Part shown: in pieces, positions 1 through 10,465 of the stretch
Layout: every line of letters begins with the position of its first letter
Numbering within the stretch: position 1 is the first letter of the stretch
Virus record (IMG/VR): IMGVR_UViG_3300047564_002155
Span: 64,001-128,000 of that record
Length of the DNA stretch: 64,000 nt
Reading direction: 5' to 3' (one strand)
Source of the DNA: a virus
Program-made: the position numbers and the translations under genes
The notes under the pieces: model-generated
What the model was told of the DNA's origin: nothing
What the model saw: only the letters and a program-made list of their open reading frames with translations
The model's database searches: none

Positions 1-1
1 T

Positions 2-514
2 GGTAGAGTATATCCAAGAAACATTCTTGAAAGAGAAGTTGAAAAATACAAGGGTAGGGAAATCAAAGAAAACCGAGCATATGGCGAACTTGACCATCCG
101 GAATCATCGGTAATTGAATTGAAAAACACATCGCACGTTGTTCGTGATGTGTGGTGGAATGGTGATGATGTAGTTGGTGCTGTTGAAATCTTAAACACAC
201 CTGCTGGCAAAATCTTACAAGAGTTAATCAAAGCAGAATGTACGGTTGGTATCTCATCAAGAGGTATGGGTTCCGTGAGTCAGATTAAAGAAGATGGAAC
301 TGTTGCTGTTGAAGGTGACTTTGAGTTGATTTGTTGGGACTTTGTTTCTAACCCATCAACGCATGGAGCTTTTATGAGACCTACAAATGAAGGGGTTATC
401 AAAGAGTCAGTTCAAAGAAAACAAACTAATTATAATAAGGTTAATACACTTATGAGAGAAATCATCTGCGAAGTGGGTGGATATTGTGAGTGTGATTTTG
501 GAGATATAAAATGA
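2..514 (+). CDS. Prohead core protease (T4 gp21-like), 5'-truncated by the window edge
   Basis: The frame is open from base 2 (GRVYPRNILEREV...AYGELDHPES...). It contains the GISSRGMGS and WDFVSNPST motifs of gp21-type proteases. Confidence 0.92.
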   Translation, partial: GRVYPRNILEREVEKYKGREIKENRAYGELDHPESSVIELKNTSHVVRDVWWNGDDVVGAVEILNTPAGKILQELIKAECTVGISSRGMGSVSQIKEDGTVAVEGDFELICWDFVSNPSTHGAFMRPTNEGVIKESVQRKQTNYNKVNTLMREIICEVGGYCECDFGDIK

Positions 515-1341
515 AAATGATGTCATTACTAAAAGAAAACGCTAGTAGAACCGCAATGGAAATTGGCGGTTTGACTGGTTTAAACAAAGACGCAATCCAA
601 AAGTTTGTTGATACTCACAATATGGATATTGAGAAGGTTTACCAATATGTTAAAAAGTCAAAGTTAACAGATAGACTTAATTTTGTAACCGCAGTTGTTG
701 GAACTCCTGGAAATCCGGTTCAAAAGAGAATGATTAAGATGTTTGGTGAATCGGTAAACGAATCACAAGACCACGAAGTTTCAATGGCTCAAAATTCATT
801 GGACTCTATTATCAAATACGCTACTGAATTGAAGCAAAAAATGGGTGAGATGGAAAAGGATGTTCCTGCTTGGATTCAAGACCACATCACTAATGCTGAA
901 AACTATGTATCTCAAGCCGCTTCAAACTACCACGAATATGGTAGTGGTATGAACGAGGGTGTATTGAATGAAATGAATCGCCAGTTAAATGTAAAAGTTA
1001 ACAAGATGTTATCATACGAACTTGGTGATATGAGAAAAGGTGGAGCTAATCACTTATGGGCTATTATGCACATTTTGATGGGTGCATTAACCGATGCTAA
1101 CTTCCATTCAGATGCAAAGAAAGTTCCTGCTATCTTCGGTTCAAAAGCAAAATACGAAGGTGACCCACAAGGTGAGAAAGACCTTGAGAAAATGTACGAA
1201 TACGATTTAGGTCCGACCATTGCTGCTCTTGCAAAATGGGATGGTAAAGACATCGTAAACGCAGTTGGTTTTTATGTATCAATGAATGTTGGTAGACCAA
1301 TGGGTGAAAAAATTGAAAAACTTGTTGAAGGTAAAAAATAA
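511..1341 (+). CDS. Hypothetical head-module (internal/core) protein
   Basis: ORF with a GGAG SD, lying between the protease and scaffold genes. It has several L/V-x-E putative gp21 cleavage sites. Confidence 0.55.
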   Translation: MKMMSLLKENASRTAMEIGGLTGLNKDAIQKFVDTHNMDIEKVYQYVKKSKLTDRLNFVTAVVGTPGNPVQKRMIKMFGESVNESQDHEVSMAQNSLDSIIKYATELKQKMGEMEKDVPAWIQDHITNAENYVSQAASNYHEYGSGMNEGVLNEMNRQLNVKVNKMLSYELGDMRKGGANHLWAIMHILMGALTDANFHSDAKKVPAIFGSKAKYEGDPQGEKDLEKMYEYDLGPTIAALAKWDGKDIVNAVGFYVSMNVGRPMGEKIEKLVEGKK

Positions 1342-1352
1342 GGACAACTAAA

Positions 1353-2963
1353 ATGAAAAAATTATCACAACTTCTTAAAGAATCACAAGATTTAGATTAC
1401 CGCAGAATGAATGTTGGTGAAGAAGAAGGTCAGGGTATGACCAAAGAAGAAAAGCGTGCGTTCGTTGAAGCTGTTGCTGCTTACCGTCAATTAGGTGAAA
1501 TGATTTCACACAAAGGTAATTTGGCTGAAATTCACGACTCTATCAAAGGTATCGTAGAAAGTGCTAATAACATTACGTTAAAAGAAACTGGTGATTGGTT
1601 TGATAGAGTAACTGTTCAGAGACATATGAAATCTATGAACGAATCATTCAAGGTATTCTCAAGCACCTTAAAAGAGGTGTCTACTCTTCAACAAAGATTG
1701 GAATCTACTTACGATGAAATTGGTGAGGTTCTTGGTAAATACTACGAAATCAAAGAAGGTAATGAGTTTGGTGCTGAAAGAGCTAAAGCAATTGCTGGTG
1801 GTGAAGATTCATTTGAAGTTGATGGTAAGTCATACAAGGTAACTGGAGTAGACGCTGAAGACAAGAAGAACGCAGAAGAGTTTGCTAATGAATCTATGAA
1901 GTTAACATCTTTAATCAAAAGAAACGAAGAGTTAACTGGTCGTCAAAAAGAATTGGATGTTGATAGTGATGGTGACATTGAAGCTGATGACTTGGCTGAT
2001 TTAAGAGCTGGCAAAAAAGCAGATGAATCAGTAAACGAAGCGGTATCTCCGGCGGATATGGATAAAATTAAAGGGGCAGTAGAAGCAGCATCTTCATTTA
2101 TGAGTGTGGGTAGTGAGTTAAAGAAATTAGGTATGAAATATACTTTCGCTACCGAACCATTACCAATTTATATTATACAACCAACTCCAAATAACAAAGT
2201 TGCTATTGTAAATAAGAAATATGCAACCAAACCTGATTTTGTGGTTGGTGATATTGCAGTAGGTATAATGGAAGGCAAATTAAACGAAGAAGAAATTAAG
2301 TGGAATGCAGTTGAAAACGCAATCATCAACTTCTTAAAGATGAACACCAAAATTTTGGACAAGAGAGTTCAAGCTAAAGATACCGATGGTGTTAAAGGTG
2401 GATTAAAATCTATCATTAGTGGTTTGACTAATGCACAAAGAAATTTGAAGTTAGAATCAGTAAATGAAGCTAGTTATGTGAGTGGATACACTGTAAAAGC
2501 TAAAACTCCATATGAGTTTGTAAATGGCGCATACGCAGTTCTAAATGCATATTTAAGAGATGAAGAACTTGGACCAAAAGGTAAAAAAGAATTACAAGAT
2601 ATCTTAAAGTCATTAGAGTATATGAGAAAGTATTTCTTCTTTAAGTTGAGTGAATCAACCGAATCGGTAAATGAAATCACACTTGCTAGAGGTTTAAAAG
2701 ATTTAATTAAAGGAACAACCTCATCAGTTGAAGGTATTAAAGTTTCTAAAGAATTAGCAAGTGCTATTGCAGGATGGGCTACCGGTTCTACTTATGGTCA
2801 AAGATATGGTAATCAAATGTTGAAGTCTCCGTTTGCTAATGTTTGGCAGATGGTATTTAGTCCTTCATTTGGAGTTGAAGCACATTTGAAAAGATACGAC
2901 AAGGAAGCTTTAAACACTTTGAAGCCCGAACTTATGAAAATCAAGTCAAAATTGGGAATGTAA
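1353..2963 (+). CDS. Modular internal head protein with an EF-hand-like loop
   Basis: Segments are separated by ESVNE. It contains LDVDSDGDIEADDL (DxDxDG-type loop) and lies in the head module. Confidence 0.55.
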   Translation: MKKLSQLLKESQDLDYRRMNVGEEEGQGMTKEEKRAFVEAVAAYRQLGEMISHKGNLAEIHDSIKGIVESANNITLKETGDWFDRVTVQRHMKSMNESFKVFSSTLKEVSTLQQRLESTYDEIGEVLGKYYEIKEGNEFGAERAKAIAGGEDSFEVDGKSYKVTGVDAEDKKNAEEFANESMKLTSLIKRNEELTGRQKELDVDSDGDIEADDLADLRAGKKADESVNEAVSPADMDKIKGAVEAASSFMSVGSELKKLGMKYTFATEPLPIYIIQPTPNNKVAIVNKKYATKPDFVVGDIAVGIMEGKLNEEEIKWNAVENAIINFLKMNTKILDKRVQAKDTDGVKGGLKSIISGLTNAQRNLKLESVNEASYVSGYTVKAKTPYEFVNGAYAVLNAYLRDEELGPKGKKELQDILKSLEYMRKYFFFKLSESTESVNEITLARGLKDLIKGTTSSVEGIKVSKELASAIAGWATGSTYGQRYGNQMLKSPFANVWQMVFSPSFGVEAHLKRYDKEALNTLKPELMKIKSKLGM

Positions 2964-2964
2964 G

Positions 2965-3120
2965 ATGAACGAAATGAACATCCTACAAGACCTATCAGTT
3001 GAGTTTTCTCAAATGATTAAGAAAAACTTACCACAAATCAAAAAGTTATCCCCTTCTACTCAAAGAGAGTTGGGGAAACTTTTTTCTGATTTTAAAAATG
3101 GACTTGATGATTTAAGTTAA
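2965..3120 (+). CDS. Small hypothetical protein (51 aa, not in the ORF track)
   Basis: ATG 1 nt after the upstream stop. Translation: MNEMNILQDLSVEFSQMIKKNLPQIKKLSPSTQRELGKLFSDFKNGLDDLS*. Confidence 0.6.
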   Translation: MNEMNILQDLSVEFSQMIKKNLPQIKKLSPSTQRELGKLFSDFKNGLDDLS

Positions 3121-3155
3121 AAAAATTGTATTTATTACAATATAAAAAACAAGTT

Positions 3156-3407
3156 ATGGAAGAAAACAAAAAATTCAAAAAAGTTAGAAAAGCCGAAATG
3201 GTTATTGTGGGAAAGCCCAACGCTGTGAAGGTAGTAAACAACAACATTGAAGCCGCTTTACGATTCTGGAAAAAGAATATGAAAGAAAGTGGTAAAATTG
3301 AATGGATTAAATCACATAGAGAATATGTGAAACCAACTACGGAAAAAAGAGAGCTACGAAATCAAGCACTCCGTAAAGAGTGGACACGACGCCAACAACA
3401 AGAATAA
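3156..3407 (+). CDS. rpsU: Phage-encoded ribosomal protein bS21 homologue
   Basis: VKVVNNNIEAALRFWKKNMKESGKIEWIKSHREYVKPTTEKR matches the S21 pattern (IE.ALR.FKK....G.......RE.Y.KP...R). It sits beside the capsid genes, as is known for bS21-encoding phages. Confidence 0.8.
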   Translation: MEENKKFKKVRKAEMVIVGKPNAVKVVNNNIEAALRFWKKNMKESGKIEWIKSHREYVKPTTEKRELRNQALRKEWTRRQQQE

Positions 3408-3557
3408 TAAATGGTAAACACTTTATTGTTTCAATAAAAGTTCCCATATTTATTACTAAAAATGTAGTCCCCTAATGGACTATAACTTTATTTATAATTG
3501 TATTATTAAGGTTCACGAATAACCTTATTACCCCGAAGAATAATTTAGGAGTTTAAA

Positions 3558-4565
3558 ATGGCAAAATCAGATTTGCTCAAAGAAGCTATCGCTGACGCAA
3601 AAGCCGTAAAAGAAACTGCTTTAGCTAACGCTAAGTTGGCTTTAGAAGAAGCATTTGCTCCACGAATTCAGTCTATGTTGTCTCACAAACTCGCAGAAGA
3701 ACTTGACGATGAGGAAGTTTCTGAAGAAGAGGAAGAGATGACTGCTGAAGTACCTGCAATGGAAGAAGAGGATGAAATGTCCGCTGACGCTGAAATGGGT
3801 GCTGAAGAAGATATGACTGAAGAAGAGGATGAAATGTATTCTGAAGAAGACCAAATGGGTGCTGAAGAAGAGATGGATATGGCTGCTGACTCTGATGAAG
3901 AAGGTGAAGAATACGAACTTACCGGTGATGAAGAAGAAGACACCGAAGAGGACGACCTTGACCTTGAAGCAGTAATCAGAGAATTAGAAGACGCAATGGC
4001 TTCCGATGAAGAAGAAATGGCATTTGAAGAAGATGAAATGGAAGATGAAATGACATCTGAAGAAGATGAAATGGAAGATGAAATGACATCTGAAGAAGAT
4101 GAAGAAGAACTTGACATCAACGAAATCATCCGTACCTTGAAAGAAATGGAAGGTAATGGCGAAGAAGAGATGACCGAGGAAGAAGAAGACGCTACTGAAG
4201 GTTACAAAGAAGAATTGGAAGAAGCTTATAAGACTATTCAGTCTATGAGAAAAACCATCAACGAAGTAAACTTACTTAACGCAAAACTTCTTTACACGAA
4301 CAAGTTGTTCAGAACTTTTGATTTGAACGAGTCTCAAAAAGTTAAAGTAATTGAAAACTTTGATAGAGCTTCAAACTTGAGAGAAGTAAAATTAGTATTT
4401 GCTACATTAGGTGAAAACTTAAATGTCGCTAGAAAAAAGAAAACAGTTGTTAAAGAATCACTCGCTTCTAAACCAATGAAGTCAACTGCAGCTCCTAAAA
4501 AGATTTTATCTGAAGGTGACGCAGTAGCTGAAAGATTTAAGAAGTTAGCTGGTTTGATTAAATAA
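3558..4565 (+). CDS. Prohead core scaffold protein (gp22-like)
   Basis: Very acidic centre, coiled-coil ends and AGGAG SD. Immediately upstream of the major capsid protein gene. Confidence 0.8.
   Translation: MAKSDLLKEAIADAKAVKETALANAKLALEEAFAPRIQSMLSHKLAEELDDEEVSEEEEEMTAEVPAMEEEDEMSADAEMGAEEDMTEEEDEMYSEEDQMGAEEEMDMAADSDEEGEEYELTGDEEEDTEEDDLDLEAVIRELEDAMASDEEEMAFEEDEMEDEMTSEEDEMEDEMTSEEDEEELDINEIIRTLKEMEGNGEEEMTEEEEDATEGYKEELEEAYKTIQSMRKTINEVNLLNAKLLYTNKLFRTFDLNESQKVKVIENFDRASNLREVKLVFATLGENLNVARKKKTVVKESLASKPMKSTAAPKKILSEGDAVAERFKKLAGLIK
4025..4103 (+). repeat. 33-bp tandem repeat (about 2.4 copies) encoding EEDEMEDEMTS
   Basis: tgaagaagatgaaatggaagatgaaatgacatc at 4025 and 4058, with a partial copy at 4091. 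Confidence 0.85.
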
Positions 4566-4595
4566 TAAAAAACCAAAAAAGAAAAAAGGATTAAA

Positions 4596-6245
4596 ATGAA
4601 AGTAAATAACATTTTAGCTGAATCTGCTGGTTTCAACAAGAGAATGTCTGAAGAGACTAAAGGTATCGTATCTAAATGGGCTAAAACTGGTCTTTTAGAA
4701 GGTTTATCTTCAGATTTTGAAAAGTCAGGAATGGCTACTCTACTTGAAAACCAAGCAAAGCAATTAGTATCTGAAGCATCTGCTACAGGTACATCGGCAA
4801 ACTCTGAAGAGTGGAGCGGTGTCGCTTTACCTTTGGTACGCCGTATCTTCTCTGAAATCGCAGCGAAAGAATTCGTTTCGGTTCAACCTATGAACTTACC
4901 TTCGGGTCTTGTATTCTACTTGGACTTCAAGTATGGTACAGGTCAACCAGGTTTCACTACTGGTTCTGGTAAAAACTCACAAGCTGATTCAGTATTCGGT
5001 ATCACCGAAACTGGTTCAAATGCTACTGGTGGTCTTTACGGAGACGGTCGTTTCGGTTACACTATCAATGAAACTCAATCTGCTGCGTTAGGTTATGGTT
5101 CACTTGGTGCTAGTAACGTAGCTACTAGCTCATTAAGCGAATCAGACTACAACTTTGACACCGCGTGGTCAGCATCAGTTTACGTTAACTACCCAGGTAT
5201 TTCTGGTGGTGTATCTATCCACACTTTGAGCGTATCTGCGTCTTCAATCAGCGGATTTGATTCAAATGGTGTTAAGGCGTTCCAACCAGTTGGTGATGCT
5301 GTAACTGCTTACTACCCACAATTCACTACTTACAACTCTACAACTGAAGTTGTCAAGTTTGTTGTATTGGGTGATGTTGACAATGGTGACACTGTTGTTA
5401 TCAAGTACCAAAAGCAACCAACTGATATCACTCGTGGTGACTTTGAACAATCAACTTCAGGTTTCGCTGCAAACCCAGAAACCGATTTAGGTATTCCTGA
5501 ATTGAACGTAGAGCTTCGTTCTATTCCAATCGTTGCTAAGACTCGTAAGTTGAAGGCACAATGGACTCCAGAATTCGCTCAAGACTTGAACGCATACCAC
5601 TCAATTGACGCTGAAGCTGAATTAACCTCAATGTTGTCAGAGTACATCTCACAAGAAATTGACCTTGAAATCTTGGATATGTTACAACAAAACGCATTGA
5701 CTACTGGTCACTGGTCGGCTAAAGTTGGTTACGAGTGGAATGGTTCATCATTCGCTCAATCTGCGGCTAACTACACTGCATACATCCAAGGTACTTGGTT
5801 TGCTACATTAGGTACTGTTCTTCAGAGAGTATCTAACCAAATCCACGCTAAGACTATGAGAGGTGGAGCAAACTTCTTGGTAGTATCTCCTGATGTTGCA
5901 ACTATCCTTGAGTCTATTCCAGGATACACCGCAAATGGTACAGGTGAAGCAATGCAGTTCGCAATGGGCGTATCTCAAGTAGGTTCATTCGCTAACCGCT
6001 ACACTGTTTACAAGAACCCATACATGCAATCAAATATGATTCTTATGGGCTTCAAAGGTGCTCAATTCCTTGAGACTGGTGCTGTTTACGCTCCATACAT
6101 CCCATTGATTATGACTCCTCTTGTGTACGACCCGAAAAACTTCCAACCTCGTAAGGGTGTAATGACTCGTTACGCGAAGGAAATGATTCGTGGTGAGTTC
6201 TACGGTAAAGTATTCGTTCACGGTCTTGAGACTGTTGGACAATAA
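4596..6245 (+). CDS. Major capsid protein (T4 gp23-like)
   Basis: Motifs VQPMNLPSGLVFYL, AKTRKLKAQWTPEFAQDLNAYH, YAPYIPL and FQPRKGVMTRY. Confidence 0.96.
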   Translation: MKVNNILAESAGFNKRMSEETKGIVSKWAKTGLLEGLSSDFEKSGMATLLENQAKQLVSEASATGTSANSEEWSGVALPLVRRIFSEIAAKEFVSVQPMNLPSGLVFYLDFKYGTGQPGFTTGSGKNSQADSVFGITETGSNATGGLYGDGRFGYTINETQSAALGYGSLGASNVATSSLSESDYNFDTAWSASVYVNYPGISGGVSIHTLSVSASSISGFDSNGVKAFQPVGDAVTAYYPQFTTYNSTTEVVKFVVLGDVDNGDTVVIKYQKQPTDITRGDFEQSTSGFAANPETDLGIPELNVELRSIPIVAKTRKLKAQWTPEFAQDLNAYHSIDAEAELTSMLSEYISQEIDLEILDMLQQNALTTGHWSAKVGYEWNGSSFAQSAANYTAYIQGTWFATLGTVLQRVSNQIHAKTMRGGANFLVVSPDVATILESIPGYTANGTGEAMQFAMGVSQVGSFANRYTVYKNPYMQSNMILMGFKGAQFLETGAVYAPYIPLIMTPLVYDPKNFQPRKGVMTRYAKEMIRGEFYGKVFVHGLETVGQ

Positions 6246-6270
6246 TAATCGTTAGAACAACGAGTAATCT

Positions 6271-6298
6271 AAAGGGGGTCTTCGGACCCCCTTTTTTT
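6271..6298 (+). terminator. Rho-independent terminator with C(UUCG)G loop
   Basis: gggggtc-ttcg-gaccccc followed by a T run, after the capsid gene. Confidence 0.92.
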
Positions 6299-6358
6299 AT
6301 TATACCCAAGATACTTATACTAAAGGTTTTATAATAATAATTTATCTATAAAGGGTTT

Positions 6359-7015
6359 ATGGAGAATACGGAAAAACGAGTTCCAAAAGGTGATATTAAA
6401 TTTTCAATTAATTTATCCGATGAACAAAAACACGCAAAATCACAAATCCTTGAACATCCATTTAATTTTATTTTAGGAAAAGCTGGTAGTGGTAAAACCC
6501 TACTCGCAGTTCAGATTGCATTGGATTTGTATTTCAAAAGAGAAATCAACAAAATTGTTATCACGAGACCTACTGTATCTAATGAGGACAATGGATTTTT
6601 ACCTGGTTCTTTGGAAGAAAAAATGGAACCTTGGTTAGTACCAATCCGTTCTAATATGAAAAAGGTATACGATAAGTGGATTGTCCTTGAAAAAATGGAA
6701 AAAGAAGAAAACATTGAATTGGTTTCTTTAACACATTTTCGTGGTAGAACTTTTGATAATTGTGTATGTATAGTAGATGAGTTTCAAAACTTAACTAAAA
6801 CACAATTAGCAATGGTATTGGGTAGATTGGGTAAGGGGTCTCGTATGATTCTTACAGGTGACGCTCAACAAATTGATTTAAAGTTTTCAAACGATTCAGC
6901 AGTACACGATGTTGCTAAATTAAAAGAATCAAGATTTGTATACACGGTTAATTTAAAAGATAATCACCGACACGAAGCTCTTGATGAAGTTTTAAGACTA
7001 TTATATTCTTTCTAA
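6359..7015 (+). CDS. phoH: PhoH-family ATPase
   Basis: GKAGSGKT Walker A, plus RP, GFLPG, RGRTF, DEFQN and GDAQQID motifs. Confidence 0.93.
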   Translation: MENTEKRVPKGDIKFSINLSDEQKHAKSQILEHPFNFILGKAGSGKTLLAVQIALDLYFKREINKIVITRPTVSNEDNGFLPGSLEEKMEPWLVPIRSNMKKVYDKWIVLEKMEKEENIELVSLTHFRGRTFDNCVCIVDEFQNLTKTQLAMVLGRLGKGSRMILTGDAQQIDLKFSNDSAVHDVAKLKESRFVYTVNLKDNHRHEALDEVLRLLYSF

Positions 7016-7084
7016 TAAGTTATGTTTAATCTCTAACTATTTATTGATTAGAGATACTATTTTATTAAGAGTTGGAGAACTTGT

Positions 7085-10000
7085 ATGGCCGATTACACAG
7101 GGTCTTTTAGTGGTTCATTTGAAGGCACATTTCTTGGTGGTGTAATATCATCATCGGCGCAATTGTCTGTTGATTGGAATGGTAGTGTTATTACTAACAA
7201 ACCAACCACAATTTCCCCATTCCAAGCAAATTCTATTATTTCAAATAATAGATTTAGAGAAACTACGTTTCCACCAATTTCATCATCAATATCATCACGA
7301 CTTACAGCCGTTGAGGTTAGTGTAGGTGCATTTGTTTCCGGTAGTGTTTCTCCGGGAACTATTAGTTCATCTGCTCAAATTTCAGAGTTAGGGTACTTAA
7401 CCTCTGCATCTGCTGCGGCTGCTGGATTTGGTACAGGTGGTGGTGAAACTTACACAGCCGGTCTTGGAATTACAATTTCAAGTAATGTAATAACTTTAGA
7501 CACAAGTTCTACACATTTTATTCAAGGTGTATCTGCATCTGCTGCTGCAAGTGGTTTTGGTGGTGGTGGGGGTTCAAACGCAGCTCCAATCATCAACGAC
7601 CAAACAATGTCAGCAGTTCCCGAAAGTTCATCCGCTGGTTATTCAGTTGGATTGATTACCGCTACGGATACTGAAGGTAATACTATTACATTTGGTGCAT
7701 TTACAATTTCTAATGTTTATTTAAGTTCAAATCCATCGGTAAACTTAACTTCATCATTGGGTGGAACTTCTTTATACGACCCTACTGTAAACCCATTCCA
7801 AGTAAATAGTTCGGGACTTATTACTCGTAAAAATAGTGTTTTCTTAAATTCAGATGTAGCTGATAACTATGTTTATTTAGCTACCGTTACCGACGCATTT
7901 GCAACTACTACTGGTTCCGGATTTGTATACATTCCAATTTCAGCTCATAGTGCTACTACTATTGGTGGTAATAATTCAACTTATTATGTTACTGAATCTG
8001 CTGTTGCTGGAAACAATCTGACTACAAACTCTAATGGTAGAACCGTGAGTGATGTTACATTTACATCAACTGGCGTATCTCAAATGTGGGAAGTTAATTC
8101 AGTTCCAAGTGGATTTATTAGATTTACAAACGGAACCACAATATATACTGGCTCTACATCACTCGCACTTGAAGTTGATTCAAATATCAGCGGTTCAGCT
8201 AAATCCGGAAGTAACACAATTGCAATTCAAATTACTGCGTCTCAAACTGATTTTGAAACAACAAAACAATATAGAGACCATACTTTATACATCGTTAACA
8301 ACGCAGGACCAACGGGTTCTTTCTCCGATACTTCAGCTAACTTAAACACAAATGGCGCTAGACCCGGAAATACCCTATCAACCCTAACTTGGACTGATGT
8401 AGAAAGTGATACATTAGACCACGGAACATTTAATTTCCAAGTTGCTAATGGTGCTAGTATAACTGCAAATAGAAGTGGTAATAACTACTTAATAACCGCA
8501 AGTGCTAATTTAACAGCAGCTACATATTCCTTTACTGCAAGTATCAAGGATGTTCACGGATTTGCTACCGGAACTAAAGCACACTCGTTTGTAATTGCTC
8601 AAGCACCTCTTGGTACTTTAACAACAAATGGCACATTCTATGTTATAGAAACTGCTGTGAGTGGTAATTTGATTTACACAAGTACAAATGGTAGAAGTGG
8701 TACTCAAGGTGATTTAGGAGTGACATATTCACCGCCATACAATTCCGCTGTGGTAGCATCATTCACATCATCAGACGCAAGAGTTAACATAAACGCTGTT
8801 GGAAATTTAAGTGTTACTGGCATAGGTATTAGTGGTTCTGCCGGTGGTTCGTTTCCAGGAACTATAACACCAACGGTTACTTGGAGAGACCAATATAATA
8901 ATGTGGGTAGTAGTTCTATTACAATTAACATTGCAGTTAACAATGCTCCAACTGTAAGTTTGAATAATCCAGATACGGACAATCAAAACACAAACTTAGC
9001 AACCACAGGAACACGACTAACAAGATTAACTTGGACAGACGCTGAAAGTGACGCATTAAGTGTTCAGACATTTACACTAACGGGAGCTGGGGCTGCTTCA
9101 CTATCAAGTTCATATGATGGTTCTAATATATTTGGTATCTATGCAGCTAGTAATTTAGCGGCAGGGACCTATGGGTACACCGCAAGTATCAAAGACACAC
9201 ACCAAATCCGAACAGGTTCATATTTAAATACTATTACTATTTCTCAAGCAAGTAGTGGTTCTTTGTTAAATCCAAGCACTTACTATGTAGTAGAATCTGC
9301 TGTGAGTGGTAACTTTATAACAAGAGATGTAGATGGTAGTGGTTCTGCTGCTAGTGCAAGCGTATCATATCCAGCTGGGATTGGAAACCCAACGGCTACT
9401 AACTTCTCAGCATCAGATGCGTATGGTGTAATTACAATTCATCCAACTACGGCTGTATTGAGTATAAATCAAAATTTTAGCGGTTCAGTATCATTACCAA
9501 CCGAAGGTAATTCGTTTACAGCTAGAATATTTTGGAATGATATATATCAAAGTGGTAGTGGTGATATTAATATTAGTGTAACTAATAACTTAAACCCAAC
9601 CGCAAGTTTTGCAAATGCAAATTTAACTGCGCCCGTTACAACTAATACAACACTTGTAACAGTTACTTTGACTGACCCTGAAGTTGCTACCCCATTTTCA
9701 ATGTCGTTAAGTGGACTATCTGCAATTTCTATGTCAGCAGTTCCTCAAAACGCAGCAAGTTCTTCATATTTGTTAAAAAATAGTGTAGACATAAACGATG
9801 GTGTTACTTTGTCTTACACCGCAAGTGTATTTGACGCTTATAATAACCAAGTTAATTTTAATAGACAATTAATTATTGCAGAACCCGTGGCGGGTTCACC
9901 CGTTGTTTATATTTATCATCACACCGCTGGGTCATCTATTACTACTGAAGCTCAGATGATTTCCGCTCTTGGTGATCCTGACGCAGATGGTATTGCTTTA

Positions 10001-10450
10001 ACAAGTGGTTCTATTTTAGCATATTTAGTAACCGGAACCATAGGTGTTTCTTCATACACAACTCCAGCTGGACTTGGTAGTAGAGTTTTAACATTGGTTA
10101 CAAGTCAAAGTATGGATTCGTTAAGGGCTATAAGCGGTTCTTATGTAAATACTTCTGGTGTTAGTGGTGGTGGTGCTTTATTGGTAATTTTCCCATCATC
10201 ATCATTATTAGCAGATAAACCCACAACTATGTATGATGGAGTTCCGCCAGATGGAACGCCGACAAATGGTGAGTATTATGTTTATGGAAAAGATGCTGCT
10301 ATACCAGGAACAATTGGGTCTGGAGTATACTATTTTACAACCGATGTAGCTGTAAATGGTACGGACCGATGGGGTTTTGTATTTGGTGAAGGTAGAAACA
10401 CTAACAATTCACGATATTTCTTAATGCCTGACTCAGCGTCGGCACCATAA
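7085..10450 (+). CDS. Large virion fibre/decoration protein with cadherin-like repeats
   Basis: Ser/Thr-rich. About four beta-sandwich-like units start NAAP, NNAGP, NNAP or NNLNP and contain a TD(T/V/A/P)E motif. The N-terminus has SSSAQ repeats. Confidence 0.6.
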   Translation: MADYTGSFSGSFEGTFLGGVISSSAQLSVDWNGSVITNKPTTISPFQANSIISNNRFRETTFPPISSSISSRLTAVEVSVGAFVSGSVSPGTISSSAQISELGYLTSASAAAAGFGTGGGETYTAGLGITISSNVITLDTSSTHFIQGVSASAAASGFGGGGGSNAAPIINDQTMSAVPESSSAGYSVGLITATDTEGNTITFGAFTISNVYLSSNPSVNLTSSLGGTSLYDPTVNPFQVNSSGLITRKNSVFLNSDVADNYVYLATVTDAFATTTGSGFVYIPISAHSATTIGGNNSTYYVTESAVAGNNLTTNSNGRTVSDVTFTSTGVSQMWEVNSVPSGFIRFTNGTTIYTGSTSLALEVDSNISGSAKSGSNTIAIQITASQTDFETTKQYRDHTLYIVNNAGPTGSFSDTSANLNTNGARPGNTLSTLTWTDVESDTLDHGTFNFQVANGASITANRSGNNYLITASANLTAATYSFTASIKDVHGFATGTKAHSFVIAQAPLGTLTTNGTFYVIETAVSGNLIYTSTNGRSGTQGDLGVTYSPPYNSAVVASFTSSDARVNINAVGNLSVTGIGISGSAGGSFPGTITPTVTWRDQYNNVGSSSITINIAVNNAPTVSLNNPDTDNQNTNLATTGTRLTRLTWTDAESDALSVQTFTLTGAGAASLSSSYDGSNIFGIYAASNLAAGTYGYTASIKDTHQIRTGSYLNTITISQASSGSLLNPSTYYVVESAVSGNFITRDVDGSGSAASASVSYPAGIGNPTATNFSASDAYGVITIHPTTAVLSINQNFSGSVSLPTEGNSFTARIFWNDIYQSGSGDINISVTNNLNPTASFANANLTAPVTTNTTLVTVTLTDPEVATPFSMSLSGLSAISMSAVPQNAASSSYLLKNSVDINDGVTLSYTASVFDAYNNQVNFNRQLIIAEPVAGSPVVYIYHHTAGSSITTEAQMISALGDPDADGIALTSGSILAYLVTGTIGVSSYTTPAGLGSRVLTLVTSQSMDSLRAISGSYVNTSGVSGGGALLVIFPSSSLLADKPTTMYDGVPPDGTPTNGEYYVYGKDAAIPGTIGSGVYYFTTDVAVNGTDRWGFVFGEGRNTNNSRYFLMPDSASAP

Positions 10451-10465
10451 TTTTTGGAGTAAAAA

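Noticed and set aside
3683-4129. Poly-Ser reverse-strand ORF
   Set aside because: It is the antisense shadow of the Glu/Asp-rich scaffold gene.
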